A stretch of DNA of 64,000 nt, taken from positions 47,430,001 to 47,494,000 of the forward strand of contig OZ024742.1 of assembly GCA_964016885.1 (NCBI GenBank). The letters run 5' to 3'. The translations under genes were made by a program, and so were the position numbers. Source of the DNA: Eledone cirrhosa. Lineage: Eukaryota. The notes beneath the pieces were generated by a model. That model saw only the letters and a program-made list of their open reading frames with translations. It was not told the origin of the DNA and made no database searches. This document shows positions 42,149-54,503 of the stretch, one piece after another. Numbering within the stretch: position 1 is the stretch's first letter; every line of letters starts with the position of its first letter.

Positions 42149-42322
42149 ACGATAGTGGCTGAAAAGTTCATAGGCTGACTATGAAGGAATGATGTTACAG
42201 CTGTATAATCTTGAATGCATTAATTTAAAAACCTTCCGGGGACTATATTGATACAATAAACTCCTTTAGTCATTCCATGAGAGTATCTTGGGCACCCTAA
42301 GAACTTTTCAGCCGACTCTCGT
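42149..42322. mobile_element. mariner-derived MITE
   Basis: TIRs ACGATAGTGGCTGAAAAGTTC / GAACTTTTCAGCCGACTCTCGT followed by A (TA site). Confidence 0.7.
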
Positions 42323-42439
42323 ATTGTGTTGATTGCCGTTATATTTCCTTATACAGCTGTCCTTTCTTTTTCTCTCTCTTTATCACCACTACACTTTCCC
42401 ACTGCCTCTCTCTTTCTCTACTCCCCAATTTCTCTCTCT

Positions 42440-42484
<45 letters not shown>

Positions 42485-42696
42485 AATATCCAAACTGTTT
42501 TTCATGGAGTACATTTGATAATGGAAATCGTATTCAATTTCTTATCTCGTAAATTATCTACTCAGGATTTTATTTGACGTTGAATAATACACTAGAACTC
42601 ACTTCTCTGTCCGTTTTCTCTTTATCTTTCGGATTTCGTATGAGAAATGGAGAGAAAAAATAAAATCGCTTCATCATTATATATACATTCACACAC

Positions 42697-42755
<59 letters not shown>

Positions 42756-43618
42756 CATATATATATGCATATATATATATATATATATACATATTTATGC
42801 GTGTGCATGTTTATATATATATATATATATGAAAATCGATGGATAACCGTTCGATGCCATCTCCTATATGCAAACACATTACGATATATCAATGGTGTGA
42901 TACACACATCGACTGATGCCATGGAGCGGAAATTGAAACCGACTTGAATTTTCTTCTTCTAATGACAAAAACAGTTTTCAGATATACAATCACCGTTCCG
43001 TTGTTTCTTCGATAGTGCTCTTAACATTGCTATCATTCGAGACAGAATTAATTGGAAAAGTGAGAAAGAAATGAATCTGCTTGTCTTAGTAAATGTTACT
43101 TAGAAGTAACTGTTGTGGACGGAAATAAATATAGATTGTCATGTGAGATTGAAGAAATAAAACTGTCGATATACTTTGTTGCGCATTGATTACTTTAATC
43201 CACTGCAAAATACATATAGCTAAAATTCCTCTCGGGGAAATTGAGGATGGTTTCTTATATTGAAAAAGATACATACATTGTGTACAGATTCTGTGTTCGG
43301 ATACACGTGTGTATTCAGAGAAATAGCTTTAATATAAGCGAAATTAAATTTTTCAAATAAACTGTAATATTTTTCCACCCGCTTGCTATATGAATTTTTT
43401 TAAACCCCTGAAATTTTTCATGGGTGTATAAAATGTCATCAGTTCCTATATTACTATTGCCTGTATAATATTTCTTCAATTCCTATATTAGTATTGCCTT
43501 TAATACACTGAGGTCGTTTTAATCAACTTATTCCTTTCTTACACACATCTGGATTTTAGGCGGTTATAAAAATTAGTATTGCTTTTTATGAAATTAATTC
43601 CTCTTTACTTCACATGAA

Positions 43619-43852
43619 GGACAGTGGATTGAAAGTATCGGGAGAGTGACGGTCAACATGCTTAGCAGCATAGAGTTACGTCTCTATAGGTTCTGAGTTT
43701 AAATCCAGCCGAGGTTAGCTTTGCCTTCATTCTTACGGGATCGATAAAATAAAGCACCAGTAATGCACTGGGGTCAATTTAAACGACTTTTCCATCCCTC
43801 AAATTGTTGGCTTTGTACCTATAGTAGAAATCGCTATCATTATTATTATTAT
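43619..43852 (+). mobile_element. tRNA-derived SINE, long form
   Basis: Head, core and ATT tail are recognisable. Confidence 0.82.
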
Positions 43853-43855
43853 AAT

Positions 43856-44053
43856 GGCGGTGGAGTGGCAGTATCGGTAGAGGGTCGGATCCCATGCTTT
43901 GACGCATAGAGTTACGGCCCTTGCAATTCTGAGTTCAAATCCCGCCGAGGTTAACTTTGCCTTTCATCCTTACGATAAAATAAAGTACCAGTAATGCACT
44001 GGGTAATTGGTGGCCTTGTGCCAAAAAGTAGAAACAATTATTATTATTATATT
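43856..44053 (+). mobile_element. tRNA-derived SINE, short form, inserted in the tail of the previous copy
   Basis: GGCGGTGGAGTGGCAGTATCGG..GAGTTCAAATCCC..GAAACAATTATTATT. Confidence 0.9.
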
Positions 44054-44069
44054 TTTTGTTCAAGCTTTC

Positions 44070-45245
44070 AAGTGTCGCCGTGGCTAATGATACGCAGACA
44101 TGTGCTGAGGTAGAGGCATCTCCAGATATTCTGCCTAAACTGTGAACAGGTTTGGTCACCGTTTGTGAGAGAGGCCATTCCGCAGCTCGTCTCTTTGACT
44201 GAGCTGCAGTCCGATGTCAAGAAGGGACAGAGACTGGGCGCCTGGTATCTGGAATGTTGCCAGGGGCTCACTGGCCTCTACACGGTGGGCAATGCTGTCA
44301 GTGGAACTTCTACCTTTGAGTTCTATTGTGACGATTCTCTCGGAGGGGTTGTGGGTGTCACAAAGTAGAACTTGCCAGTCTTTTCCAGAGGACTATATGA
44401 ACGGGGATTATGGATAGCTTCCTGAAATCTGTCACTTGGCAGTGCTACCATGGGGGCGACACTGTTATTTCGACACGAAAGTGCTGTCATTCTGACCTGA
44501 CCAAGATGAGCCCAGAGCCAAGAAACCATTCCGTACGCACTCGTACAGTATCCCAGTTTCCTTTGATTACTGTCTTGTGGAAATATGATGTACAGCTGTT
44601 TCCGCGTGTAGGAGGGATCTGGCTATTCACCGAGTATGTAGTGAAGATCACCTCTACAGCATACTTTTGGCTGAGAAGAGTAGCGTAAGAGGTATGAGTC
44701 CATCGTAAAATTGTCCCGACGCCCTCCTTTAACCGGGAAGGGCAGGCACCTTTTATCTCTCTGCTGGCCATAGCGAAACAGGTTGTGTGGTGGACAAGTT
44801 TGAAAGGACTGATGACGAGCACCTGCCGCTTTGGCGAAGCCCTGACTAACATTTTCAAGTTTCATTTGAAAAGTAAAATCAGAGTGGAGAGGGAAGTGTT
44901 CCCTTCGCAGAAATTTGTTGAATGATGGGTGAGAGAGGTGAGCGTGGCCCGAATGAATGGGCTTTCTCTGGTTATGTGCATGTAGATTGGAGGTGGAAAA
45001 CTGGGAGAGAGTACTTGCCCTAGTGGTGAGGTACACCGTGGCTTTTTTGTTGGCTTTCTCCAGGATTGATCCTTGGAATGCCCCCTCCCTATTGTGAAAT
45101 TTTCGTTTGTTTTCATTTTTCTGTTACATGCTTTCGCTTTTTATGTTTCATGTTTTATGTTTTTATGTTTTTTGTTTTTGTTTTTACACGCAGAAATGCC
45201 CATTTGTAGCATCCATTGCTATCCTTAATAGTTAATAAAGAAAAC
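44070..45245 (+). mobile_element. L1/Tx1-like LINE 3' fragment, degenerate
   Basis: GC-richer block with zf-RVT-like remnants (MDSFLKSVTWQCY, ETIPYALVQ, AKQVVWWT, HLKSKIRVERE), a T-rich 3' UTR and AATAAA at ~45234. Confidence 0.6.
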
Positions 45246-46143
45246 ATTACTACTACTACTACTACTACTACTACTACCATCATCATCAGCAGCAGCACCA
45301 GCACCCTGTTGTTGTAGATTTGCAAGACTTTTGCGCGCGAACGTTTTGGTTTTTTATCTGTAGTAAAAAGGTGATAATTTCACTTTTCTTTGAGTAATAT
45401 TTTCTCTTACACCAAGAACCCCAGCTGTGTTTACTGTTGTTTAAATAATATTTATTTCCACTAGCGCTGGCATGTAGCCTAGAGAAATGGCAAGAATTGA
45501 CAAAGTAAAAGTTGATAATATTCAGATCGTGATAGTAATAGTTTAATTATAGCCCAGAACTGCAACAAATTTTGGCTCCAAGTCTACACTTATCAGTAAC
45601 ATCTACAATGGTTACAGTAACAACAGTGAGAACGTGGAGAATTGAAATACTGCTGCTGATACCAACGTCAACTATTGTGAAGAAAATAAGAATAATATTA
45701 ACAATAGCTGCCTCCTGAATAATCTTGAAAACAAACCAAGAATAGCAACAATCAATATATGAGACAACGAAAGAGAGGAGGCCTTGGCGTCACATTAGTT
45801 CCTAGAAATAGCAGTAAAGACCAACATAGCAAACTTAACTGTTTTAACAAAAACGAAGATAGTGGAAAAAATATAATGTGACTAAAAAGCAAAATACTGG
45901 ATGGTCATGGCTGGAATAATCTGGATATAACTGGTTTTGAACAATAAAAGCCAATACTTGTAGAAACAACTATAATAAAGAAAAGCTTTCCAGAAACCCA
46001 GGTAAAAAAACAATTAGCACAAATGTATTTTCCTGTAGAAAGATAGGGCTGGCTGGTCTCATGCTACATCCACATAGACAACTCCACCGAATTCGTCTCA
46101 GATACCTTTATCATTCTCTTTTGTATGCAGCTCTATCCATTAT

Positions 46144-46183
<40 letters not shown>

Positions 46184-46192
46184 TTATATATA

Positions 46193-46462
46193 CTTTGGGA
46201 GGGTCATGTTACCAATAGAAACACACGCACCTCCTAGTCTTTACTTCAATTTATTATAAATTTCGGGTTGGTTGTTTCGATAACCGGAAGGTTGTTTATA
46301 CATTATCAAAGCTCTTTCGTCACAGATTCTGTTACCACCTCAGTGACTAGGTTTTTATTTTGTCTGCCTCTCATTTGTTCTGCCCTACAGCATCTTGTTT
46401 TTTTCTGTTGTGTGTTGTGTGTTTAGTTTGCGCATGCGTTACATCCGTGTGTGTGTGTGTGT

Positions 46463-46546
<84 letters not shown>

Positions 46547-47012
46547 TTGTGTGTGTGTTTATTTATGTATTTCTGTGTTTATTTATGTGTCACTAGTATG
46601 TTGTTTGTTCTATCTGTGTGTGTCTGTTTTGTTTTGTTTGTTTGGTTTTGTGTGTGTCTCTATGTCTTCATTTTGTCCTTAATTATTAGTTGCGATGTTG
46701 CTTTCCACTCATGTCTTCTGTTTAATTTTGGTTGGCGTTCGTTTATATTTTGCATACGCAAAGTAAGCACACAATACACAGCACACAAAAAACAAGATGG
46801 TGTTGGACAGAACAAAGGAGAGACACATAAAATAAAAACCTAGTCATTGAGGAGGTCACAGAATGTGTGACCAAAAGCTTTGAAAATATACAAACAACCT
46901 TCCCGTTATCAAACCAACCAACCAACCAACCAGCCAACCGGAAATGTATAATAAATTGAAGTGAAAACCAACAGGTGCGTGTGTTTTTATTGGCAACATG
47001 ACGCTCCGAAAG
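46193..47012. mobile_element. Foldback/MITE-like element with ~250-bp diverged inverted arms around a (GT)n core
   Basis: 46193-46440 matches the reverse complement of 46750-47012 with many mismatches. Confidence 0.7.
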
Positions 47013-47189
47013 TTGAGCAATATCTGTTTCAACACAGGTTTTCAGATAAGAAATCTCGCAAAACAAATTCAAAAAGGAATTATATATATATATATATATG
47101 TGTGTGTGACTTTGGAGAGTGTTTGAAAGCCATAGTCACAGCTCTTTTTCCTAGACTGAACAAAAAAGCAAAAATTATATTTTCTGAAA

Positions 47190-47700
47190 TGTTATTAATC
47201 GATAAGGTAATACTTATTATGCCGAAGCTGATCTCCGACATACACTTGATAGATTTGATACTTAGTGTTGTGCGGCAGAAATGAAAATAAGTGCGGTGAA
47301 GCCGAGATACGCGACCTCTCAAAGAAGCCTTCGCAATGCACTCTACATGTGAGTGAAGCTTCTCTGAAACAAATGGAGAAGTGTAAGTATCTTCTGGTCG
47401 TTTTCAAGAGTGAAAAAGCGACAGAAATTGGGTTCATCCGAAATGTCTTTGGAGTATCGGTACTCGAGAGAGTGTGTAGCTTGGTGATAATGGAGTCGCT
47501 ACAGGTAAAATCGATACATCTCCGAACTCAGATATCACAGCTCCGATAATACGGACATGGCCTCAGAATATCTAAGTAAAGAATTACTGGACAGATTTTA
47601 CGGGCAAAACCAACAGGCAGGAAACCAGGGGTAGACCCCCAAGCAAGATGTTTAAATAGCATCCATGAATTCGGCTGCTCTCCCTTGTGTACATAGCTGC
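47190..47700 (+). mobile_element. RTE-clade LINE 3' fragment
   Basis: SLKQMEKCKYL.VVF, ATEIGFIRNVFGVSVLERV, SQLR.YGH and AKPTGRKPG. Confidence 0.65.
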
Positions 47701-47713
47701 ATCATTTCCCCCA

Positions 47714-47823
47714 TTCTTCTTCTTCTTCTTCTTCTTCTTCTTCTTCTTCTTCTTCTTCTTCTTCTTCTTCTTCTTCTTCTTCTTCTTCTTCTTCTTCTTC
47801 TTCTTCTTCTTCTTCTTCTTCTT
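47714..47823 (+). repeat. (TTC)n microsatellite
   Basis: Pure trinucleotide run. Confidence 0.98.
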
Positions 47824-47914
47824 TATTTTCCATAGCCGATTAACACATTCCGAAAGTATTCTATATCTCTATAATAAAATATTTCACATCAAAGGAAAAA
47901 AATGATTTGATAAT

Positions 47915-48715
47915 TTTAGGATAAGGCAACCAACTTTTGGTAAAAGGCACAGTTAATTAAACCATATCTGCATGTGATTGATACTTTATGTTAACAAGCC
48001 TGTTAAAATAAAGTATTAATCACTTACTGAGGTCGCTTATATTTAATGAAATGCAAAGTTGACCTCAGCGAGATTTCAACACAACGTAAATAGCTGTAAC
48101 TAAAAACTGTAAATCATTTTGTCTGCTGAATCATATTCAGCCGCCCTATATCTGTATATCTAATTTAAGCACAAGGCCAGCAATACCATGAGGAGTCGAA
48201 AGTCGATTCAATCGGCCCCAGTACGTCACTGGTGCTTTATTTTATCGACCACGTAAGGATGAAAGGCAAAGCTAACGTCGCCGGGATTTGAAGTCAGAAG
48301 GTATAAGGACGTAACCATGCCGCGAAGTATGGTGTTCGATGTTCGACCAATGGTGTCAATCCACTGCCATTTATATCTTTATATAATTGTTTCTGATTTA
48401 GCCACAAGGCCAAAAATTCGTGGGGAGGAGAAAGTCGATCAAATCAACCCCAGCATTACTGGTTCTTTATTTATCGACACGTAACGATGGAAGGCAAAGT
48501 TAACCTTGGCGATGTTTAAACACAGAACTATATCTGTATATAATACAATATTAAAAAGCGACGAATCGGCAGAGTCGAGAGAACGTCGGACAGAATGCTT
48601 TGTGGTATTTTTTCGGCTCTCTGATCTCTGAGTTCAAATCCCGCTGAAGTCAACTCTGCCTTTTATCCATTCCAGGTCGTTAAAAAAAAGTTGCAGTCTA
48701 GTATTTGGTTTGATT
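47915..48715. mobile_element. Cluster of four diverged tRNA-derived SINEs (47915-48146 -, 48160-48368 -, 48384-48528 -, 48557-48715 +)
   Basis: Each shows the GAAAGGCAAAGTT/CTTT..ATCC core and B-box remnants. Confidence 0.75.
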
Positions 48716-49515
48716 CTTCCTCTTTCTCACTTTAGTTCCCTCACACTCTATCTTCCTCTGGATGATATCTGCTATATTCAGACATGGAGAAGGATGATAA
48801 TGTCATAGAAACGCTTCCCCTATGCCTCCAGCAGTATTTACAAGACCATCCATCTATTCATAATGGAATATTAAAAGCAGCATTCTAATGGTTCTAATTA
48901 CATTCTGTAAACCACTACTACCTAAATTAGTTATAACACCATTCCCACAACAAAAAACAACCAAATACAGTCCTGCTCGAAATAAAACAATAGAAACACT
49001 ATAATGCAATGTGTTTTCTAATGATAACTGTGCATTAATATTGTGATATGAAATTGATATAGTTTACACAAATTCTCTTTCTTTCCATCTCTCATTCACT
49101 CACCCGCTCACACACATGTGTAATCGCCCAAACTTATATATAAATAAGTGTGGAGAGAGGGAGAGAGCGATATATATATATATGGAGTGAGATATATAAA
49201 TAAAATTGGAGGTATATATATATATATATATATAATATTGTTGATTCTATTGAAATGTAAACCTAGCGAATTTGGAAACCTCATTAACAGATAATTATCA
49301 ATAAGTTTAACTATATATTATACAAATAGATACATTTATTGCTATTGTTATCTCTATTTCTCCTATTTACACACAGACTTCTCCAATGTATCTGTGTATA
49401 TATAAAATACCTTATATCAATACACCAGCACTTATTGTCCGTATACACATACACACACGTACATACACAGACACACACACCACACACGTACGAGTACTCG
49501 CACAGATACACACTC

Positions 49516-49549
<34 letters not shown>

Positions 49550-49592
49550 ATTTATATATATATTTATATATATATATATATATATAAATATT

Positions 49593-49626
<34 letters not shown>

Positions 49627-51049
49627 GGGGTAAAATATCATGAAAGGAGGACCATAATTGATTGAGTATTTACCGACGGAGTACAAGCTCGGTCAATAAG
49701 AAGTGATTGATAATAGGTGTCCATTCATTTGACATTCTGGGTCTATCAACCAAATCATTCAGTTTCCACATCCTAACCTCCCGATAAATAATTAAAGATA
49801 TATTGGATGATATAATTCATTACTAAAATGAGTTTGATCTATGTCCTCTTTTACTATACTTTATATGTAATTAAAGAAATGAACGACGGCAGATAGAACA
49901 ACAATTACAAGCAACCCCGTCTTTATTTATCAGTAATAGCTACATTTTGTAATATCATGGACAGTGATAGGTAAGCTGGTATTTGATATTGCCAATGTCC
50001 ATATGTAAGCTAAATAAACTGGAGCTTTAATTTATTAAATGATAAAGTTGAACCAAAGCTACATTCTTTGGAAAGTTTACAATATGTCAGTATCATTATA
50101 TTTTTCGTATTTCGGACAGGAATTTGTCGAATCATTTGGGTTAAAATTTGCAGCATGAACACAGTACGAGAGTAGAATGAACGCGGGGCTCAATACTTCA
50201 AATTGATAGGTGTAACAGTTGGGCTATATGCACTTATATGTATGTAAATGGGCGGTGGAACTCAGTAGAGTTAACGGCCAACCAATAAAGTTTATTTTTT
50301 AATCGTGGTGCGAGAGACTCCTAGTTTTCATTAAGACATCTCTCTAAGAAAAGGTCAAGCTTATATAAAACTTCGTTTGCATCCAATGAAGGAGTACAGT
50401 TCTTTTTGGGAAAATGCATTCGATGTTCAGAGAATGGGATTGGCCGCGTACAAATCCTTTCCTCATTTAAAAAAGCTTTAACAAGGGCATCACTTGGTAT
50501 GGGACATTTTTTGCGATGCATGGTATTGCTGGCCTTAGGCATGTCCCTAGAAGGACGAACATTCCTCGCCCATGATGCTCATGGTTAAATAACAAGTGAT
50601 AGCATTACTCGAAATCGAGTTGCAGCCATCATGTATATAATTATTCGCGCATGCAGCCATGTATATATGTACGTATCTATATTTATGTGTGTATCTAATG
50701 TGCAAGATTATTGATGTAAAATCGTGTGAGTAACAAAACACACGCCTCTTCGAAGTTTTTCTTTCTACAGTTATAAAATTGATCAGGTACTTAATCCATC
50801 AATCATTTGGATAATCACTTGTTCAATAGAGAGTCGATATCTCTTTTTATCAACCTGACACTTTATTGATAACCATTGCTCCTACGTTATCCTTTTCGTT
50901 CACACATACTTTTTATTCGATACATTTGCGCTTTTTATTAAATAGTACCGTATGTATGTATGTTTAAATGCACACACAGACACACGAACTAACACTCTCT
51001 CTCACACACATAAGCACACACATACACACCCACATATATATATATATAA

Positions 51050-51185
51050 AGCGAATTGGTAGATTCGTTCGGACGTCGAATAGAATGTTGACGGTAGTCG
51101 TTCCACCTTATTGCGCGCTTTGAGTTCAAATGCCGCCTTTCAAGGTCAATAAAAGATGTACCAGTCCAGTACTGAGGTCGATTCT
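51050..51185 (+). mobile_element. tRNA-derived SINE, diverged and deleted
   Basis: GAGTTCAAATGCCGCC..GGTCAATAAAAGATGTACCAG. Confidence 0.55.
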
Positions 51186-51256
51186 TATTCTATAAAAATA
51201 AGTCAGACCTCCTGGAGAGTGTTCGGCTTCGGCAGGTTTCAAATTGCCCTAGACAC

Positions 51257-51397
51257 GCCATGTGACAGTGCCTCTACGACTACACAAGGAGTTATAGGAT
51301 CTTTATCCTCCTACTTATATAAATATATATATATATATAAGTAGGAGGATACAGACCCCACATCCTTGTGTAGTCGTAGAGGCACAGTCACAAGGCA
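51257..51397. repeat. Tail-to-tail inverted repeat around a (TA)n tract
   Basis: GTGCCTCTACGACTACACAAGGA..TATCCTCCTACTTA / TAAGTAGGAGGATA..TCCTTGTGTAGTCGTAGAGGCAC. Confidence 0.85.
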
Positions 51398-51403
51398 TTA
51401 TCC

Positions 51404-51464
<61 letters not shown>

Positions 51465-51648
51465 TATTTATTAAAATAACAGATTAAAGTTTAAGCAAAG
51501 AATCGCTATTAGAAAGTGAGGTTTTTTTTACAAAATGAAAAATAACCGAGGTGTCCTACACGAGTGAAAGTATAAAGAAAAAAAGATGAAATCGAAAATG
51601 CAACTGGAGTCTTATTTAAAAATATATATATATATATTTATTTGGTTC

Positions 51649-51684
51649 CTTTACCGGTTTCGCAGTTCTTCTGCTTTTCAAAAG
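51649..51684 (-). ncRNA. Minimal hammerhead ribozyme, U3-A8 core variant
   Basis: Reverse strand reads ctt TTGAAAA gcag aagaa ctgc GAAAC cg GTA aag. Confidence 0.72.
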
Positions 51685-52204
51685 TAGAGTTGAGATGGAG
51701 GGTTTGTGGTTTTCCTCACATCTGGTTGGTCTCTGAATGTTACTTGTTTATATGGAAAAAGTGGCTCGAAATGCCAAGTTTTTCGAGAAGTAATTTGATT
51801 GGTTGGTCAATAATTATAATAAATTTCGCGCCAGTTCGCGTTACAAAGTTCTTCAAACAAGAGGGGGGGAGGGATCTCACAGTTTTTTTTCATATTTGAA
51901 TTTCATTTTACTTAAAAAAAGGGGGGCTCACGAAGGCTTCTTTTTAATAATCGTAATTTGATTGGTTATAAATGAAATTATCGCTGTCACGTGAACAAGT
52001 TTCCATTACATTTTCGCGCCCTTATTTGGAAATCTATTATGTAGCCTTTTTAGAGAATTTTATGACAAGTAAAAGATAATGGTCAGGAGAAATTGGATGG
52101 GAGAATTGTTCTGGTTCAGTGAATATGGTTAGTTCGCTGGGGTGTCAGAATTCAGATTTTCTATTGAATAAAGAAAGTAATAATATGTATGTTTATTTGT
52201 GTGC

Positions 52205-52262
<58 letters not shown>

Positions 52263-52586
52263 TTCTTTTTACTTAAAAAAAGAGGCTCACGAAGGCTTTT
52301 TTTTTAATTAGCGTAATTTGATTGGTTATAAATGAAATTATGGCTGTCACGTGAACAAGTTTTCATTAAATTTTCCCGCCCTTATTTGGAAATCTATTCT
52401 GTAGCCTTTTTGTTCACGTCAGCCCCCTCTATTTTGAGGTGCGAATTTCATTATAATTATTGACCAACCAATCAAATTACTTCTCGAAAAACCTGGCATT
52501 TCGAGCCACTTTTTCCATATAAAACAAGTAACATTCAGAGACCAACCAAAGGTGAGAAAAACCACAGACCCTCCATCTCAACTCTA

Positions 52587-52622
52587 CTTGTGAAAAGCAG
52601 AAGAACTGCGAAACCGGTAAAG
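52587..52622 (+). ncRNA. Mirror hammerhead copy with U3 changed to G
   Basis: ctt GTGAAAA gcag aagaa ctgc GAAAC cg GTA aag. Confidence 0.6.
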
Positions 52623-52832
52623 GAACCAAATAAATATATATATATTTTTTAAAATAAGACTCCAGTTGCATTTTCGATTTCATCTTTTTTTCTTTATATA
52701 TATAATAAATGTAATCCGAGTTTTCCGAATATTAATAATAACATTCGATTCGTTTTGCAAACAAGCCTCAATATTATAGCATGTCAGTAGAATGAAAAAT
52801 TCATTCTTACTCTTGTGTTGGCATGCGAACAG

Positions 52833-52880
52833 AACTGCAGACACTAATGTTTCTGGGTATCACCCTTCATCAGTACAACT
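52833..52880 (-). ncRNA. Hammerhead ribozyme type I
   Basis: Reverse strand reads agttgta CTGATGA a gggt gat accc a GAAAC a ttag t GTC tgcagtt. Confidence 0.7.
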
Positions 52881-53270
52881 CACTGTTCACCTGCCAAACT
52901 GTCAGAGCTAGTGAAAATATATGCTATTTTCAAAAATACACAGTGACTGATCGGCCTGATTTGCATATTAGCAGACTGGTTGATCAGTCAGATCTGCAAA
53001 TTGGCAGATCCACTGATCAGCCAGATTTGCATATCAGTAGACTGGCCAGTCGGTTTCCTGTATACGAGCGATAAATGGCCGGCCTTGCTAAATTCAAATA
53101 AAAAAGAAAATTTCGATCTACATGGCTGAATGCAATAAATGTAATCCGAGTTTTTCGAATATTAATAATAACATTCAATTCGTTTGTAATTTTGCAAACA
53201 AGCCTCAATTTTATAGCCATGTCAGTAGAATGAACACTTCATTATTGCCCTTGTGTTGGCATGCGAACAG

Positions 53271-53318
53271 AACTGCAGACACTAATATTTCTGGGTATCA
53301 CCCTTGATCAGTGAAGCT
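53271..53318 (-). ncRNA. Degenerate hammerhead copy (CTGATCA, GAAAT)
   Basis: Tandem paralogue of 52833-52880. Confidence 0.5.
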
Positions 53319-53668
53319 GACTGTTCACCTGCCAAACTGTCAGACCTAGTGAAAATATATGCTATTTTCAAAAATACACAGTGACTGATCGGCCTGATTT
53401 GCATATTAGCAGACTGGCTGATCAGTCAGATCTGCATATTAGCAGATCCACTGATCACCCAGATTTGCCTATCAGCAGACTGGTCAGACAGTTTCCTGTA
53501 TACGAGCGAATAAATGGTCGGCTTTTGTATTCAGCCATGTAGAGCGAAATTTTCTTTATATATGTATATATATTTATTAAAATAACAGATTAAAGTTTAA
53601 GCAAGAGCCCTCTTTGGATTTTAGTCTTCAAATGTATTATTATTACTATATATATATATATAAATATA

Positions 53669-53703
<35 letters not shown>

Positions 53704-53749
53704 TATTTAATATATATATATAAATATATTTAATATATTTAATATAGAA

Positions 53750-53890
53750 ATGACTTCTACAGGTCAAGAACTGTTTCATTCAGGAGAAATCCGTCTTCTA
53801 GTCGGGTAGAAGCCATAAATACTTATTCTCTGCTATGTATTGAGTCCTTAATGTTGTTACCCCAATTGAATCCTGGACAAGCTTACCTAT
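53750..53890. mobile_element. Short head-to-head fragment of the 36252 HHR family
   Basis: Reverse strand GAATGAAACAGTTCTTGACCTGTAGAAG is joined to forward TCTAGTC..TAGAAGCCAT..TCTGCTATGTATTGAGT. TA-flanked. Confidence 0.6.
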
Positions 53891-53907
53891 ATATATATAT
53901 ATATATA

Positions 53908-54150
53908 TAACGAAGGAATTGTGATAAGGAACCAGATGGACCATAACGCACCAGAGTACTCAATACTTAGGGTAGTAGAGTGGGTAATAGGAGAAAGTAT
54001 AACCCCAGCGGCAGAGCTCGAGCCGTTTCGACGGCTATTTATGGACTACAGTAAGAGTTTTAGTCTGCTAAATTTACCAAACTAAAAACTTTAGTCCAAA
54101 AATAGCCGTCGAAACGGCTTGAGCTCTGCCGTCGGGGTCATACTTTCTCC
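53908..54150. mobile_element. Head-to-head LTR fragment with HHR 3' halves
   Basis: IR GGAGAAAGTAT..GGCAGAGCTC.AGCCGTTTCGACGGCTATTT / AAATAGCCGTCGAAACGGCT.GAGCTCTGCCGTC..ATACTTTCTCC, with (TA)n on both sides. Confidence 0.75.
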
Positions 54151-54174
54151 TATATATATATATCAAGGATCGAT

Positions 54175-54384
54175 CGGCTTTCGTCATATTGGACCGAGGA
54201 AACAATGATCCGTTGGTCTTTCCAGTTGCTAGTACTATGTATCGGTCGCAACTCCAGATAGAAGGAGCAACGTGAAATAAAGTGTCTTGCCCAAGGACAT
54301 AACACATTTTCCGGTCCAAGAATCGAACTCACAACCTCAAGATTGTGAATCCAATTCTCTAACCACTCAGCCACACGCCTTCAC
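54175..54384 (-). mobile_element. tRNA-derived CORE-type SINE
   Basis: Reverse strand shows GTGGCTGAGTGGTTAG (A box), GAGTTCGATTC (B box) and GTCCTTGGGCAAGACACTT (CORE-like). Confidence 0.8.
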
Positions 54385-54418
54385 CATATATATATATAAA
54401 CACACACACCAACACACC

Positions 54419-54503
<85 letters not shown>

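Larger units (their letters stand above)
51466..52698. mobile_element. Head-to-head HHR-bearing PLE-LTR-like element
   Basis: Inverted arms 51571-51829 / 52441-52698, internal ~155-bp direct repeats 51898-52051 / 52259-52411. Both ends are at TA runs. Confidence 0.8.
52703..53560 (-). mobile_element. Retrozyme-like tandem dimer (438-bp period) with short inverted partner
   Basis: Direct repeats ~52703-53085 and ~53134-53525, each with an HHR and ~32-bp subrepeats. 53526-53558 is the reverse complement of 53103-53135. Confidence 0.75.

Noticed and set aside
44805-44845. CTGATGA hit inside the L1-like fragment (similar isolated hits at ~2845, ~43437, ~54716, ~55463, ~56680)
   Set aside because: No GAAA..UH with pairable stems; these are expected chance matches.
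50321-50588. Non-repetitive short ORFs as possible host exons
   Set aside because: No recognisable domain or supportable splice structure. A homology or RNA-seq search would be needed.
52940-53485. ~32-bp repeated units resembling a CRISPR array
   Set aside because: These are contiguous degenerate tandem repeats with no unique spacers and no cas genes, in a eukaryotic context.
53101-53560. MITE with 33-bp TIRs
   Set aside because: Better explained as a tandem HHR unit plus a short inverted partner. The upstream copy lacks both apparent TIRs.
54310-54384. tRNA gene
   Set aside because: The A and B boxes are followed directly by a SINE core, so this and similar heads are SINE-derived, not tRNA genes.
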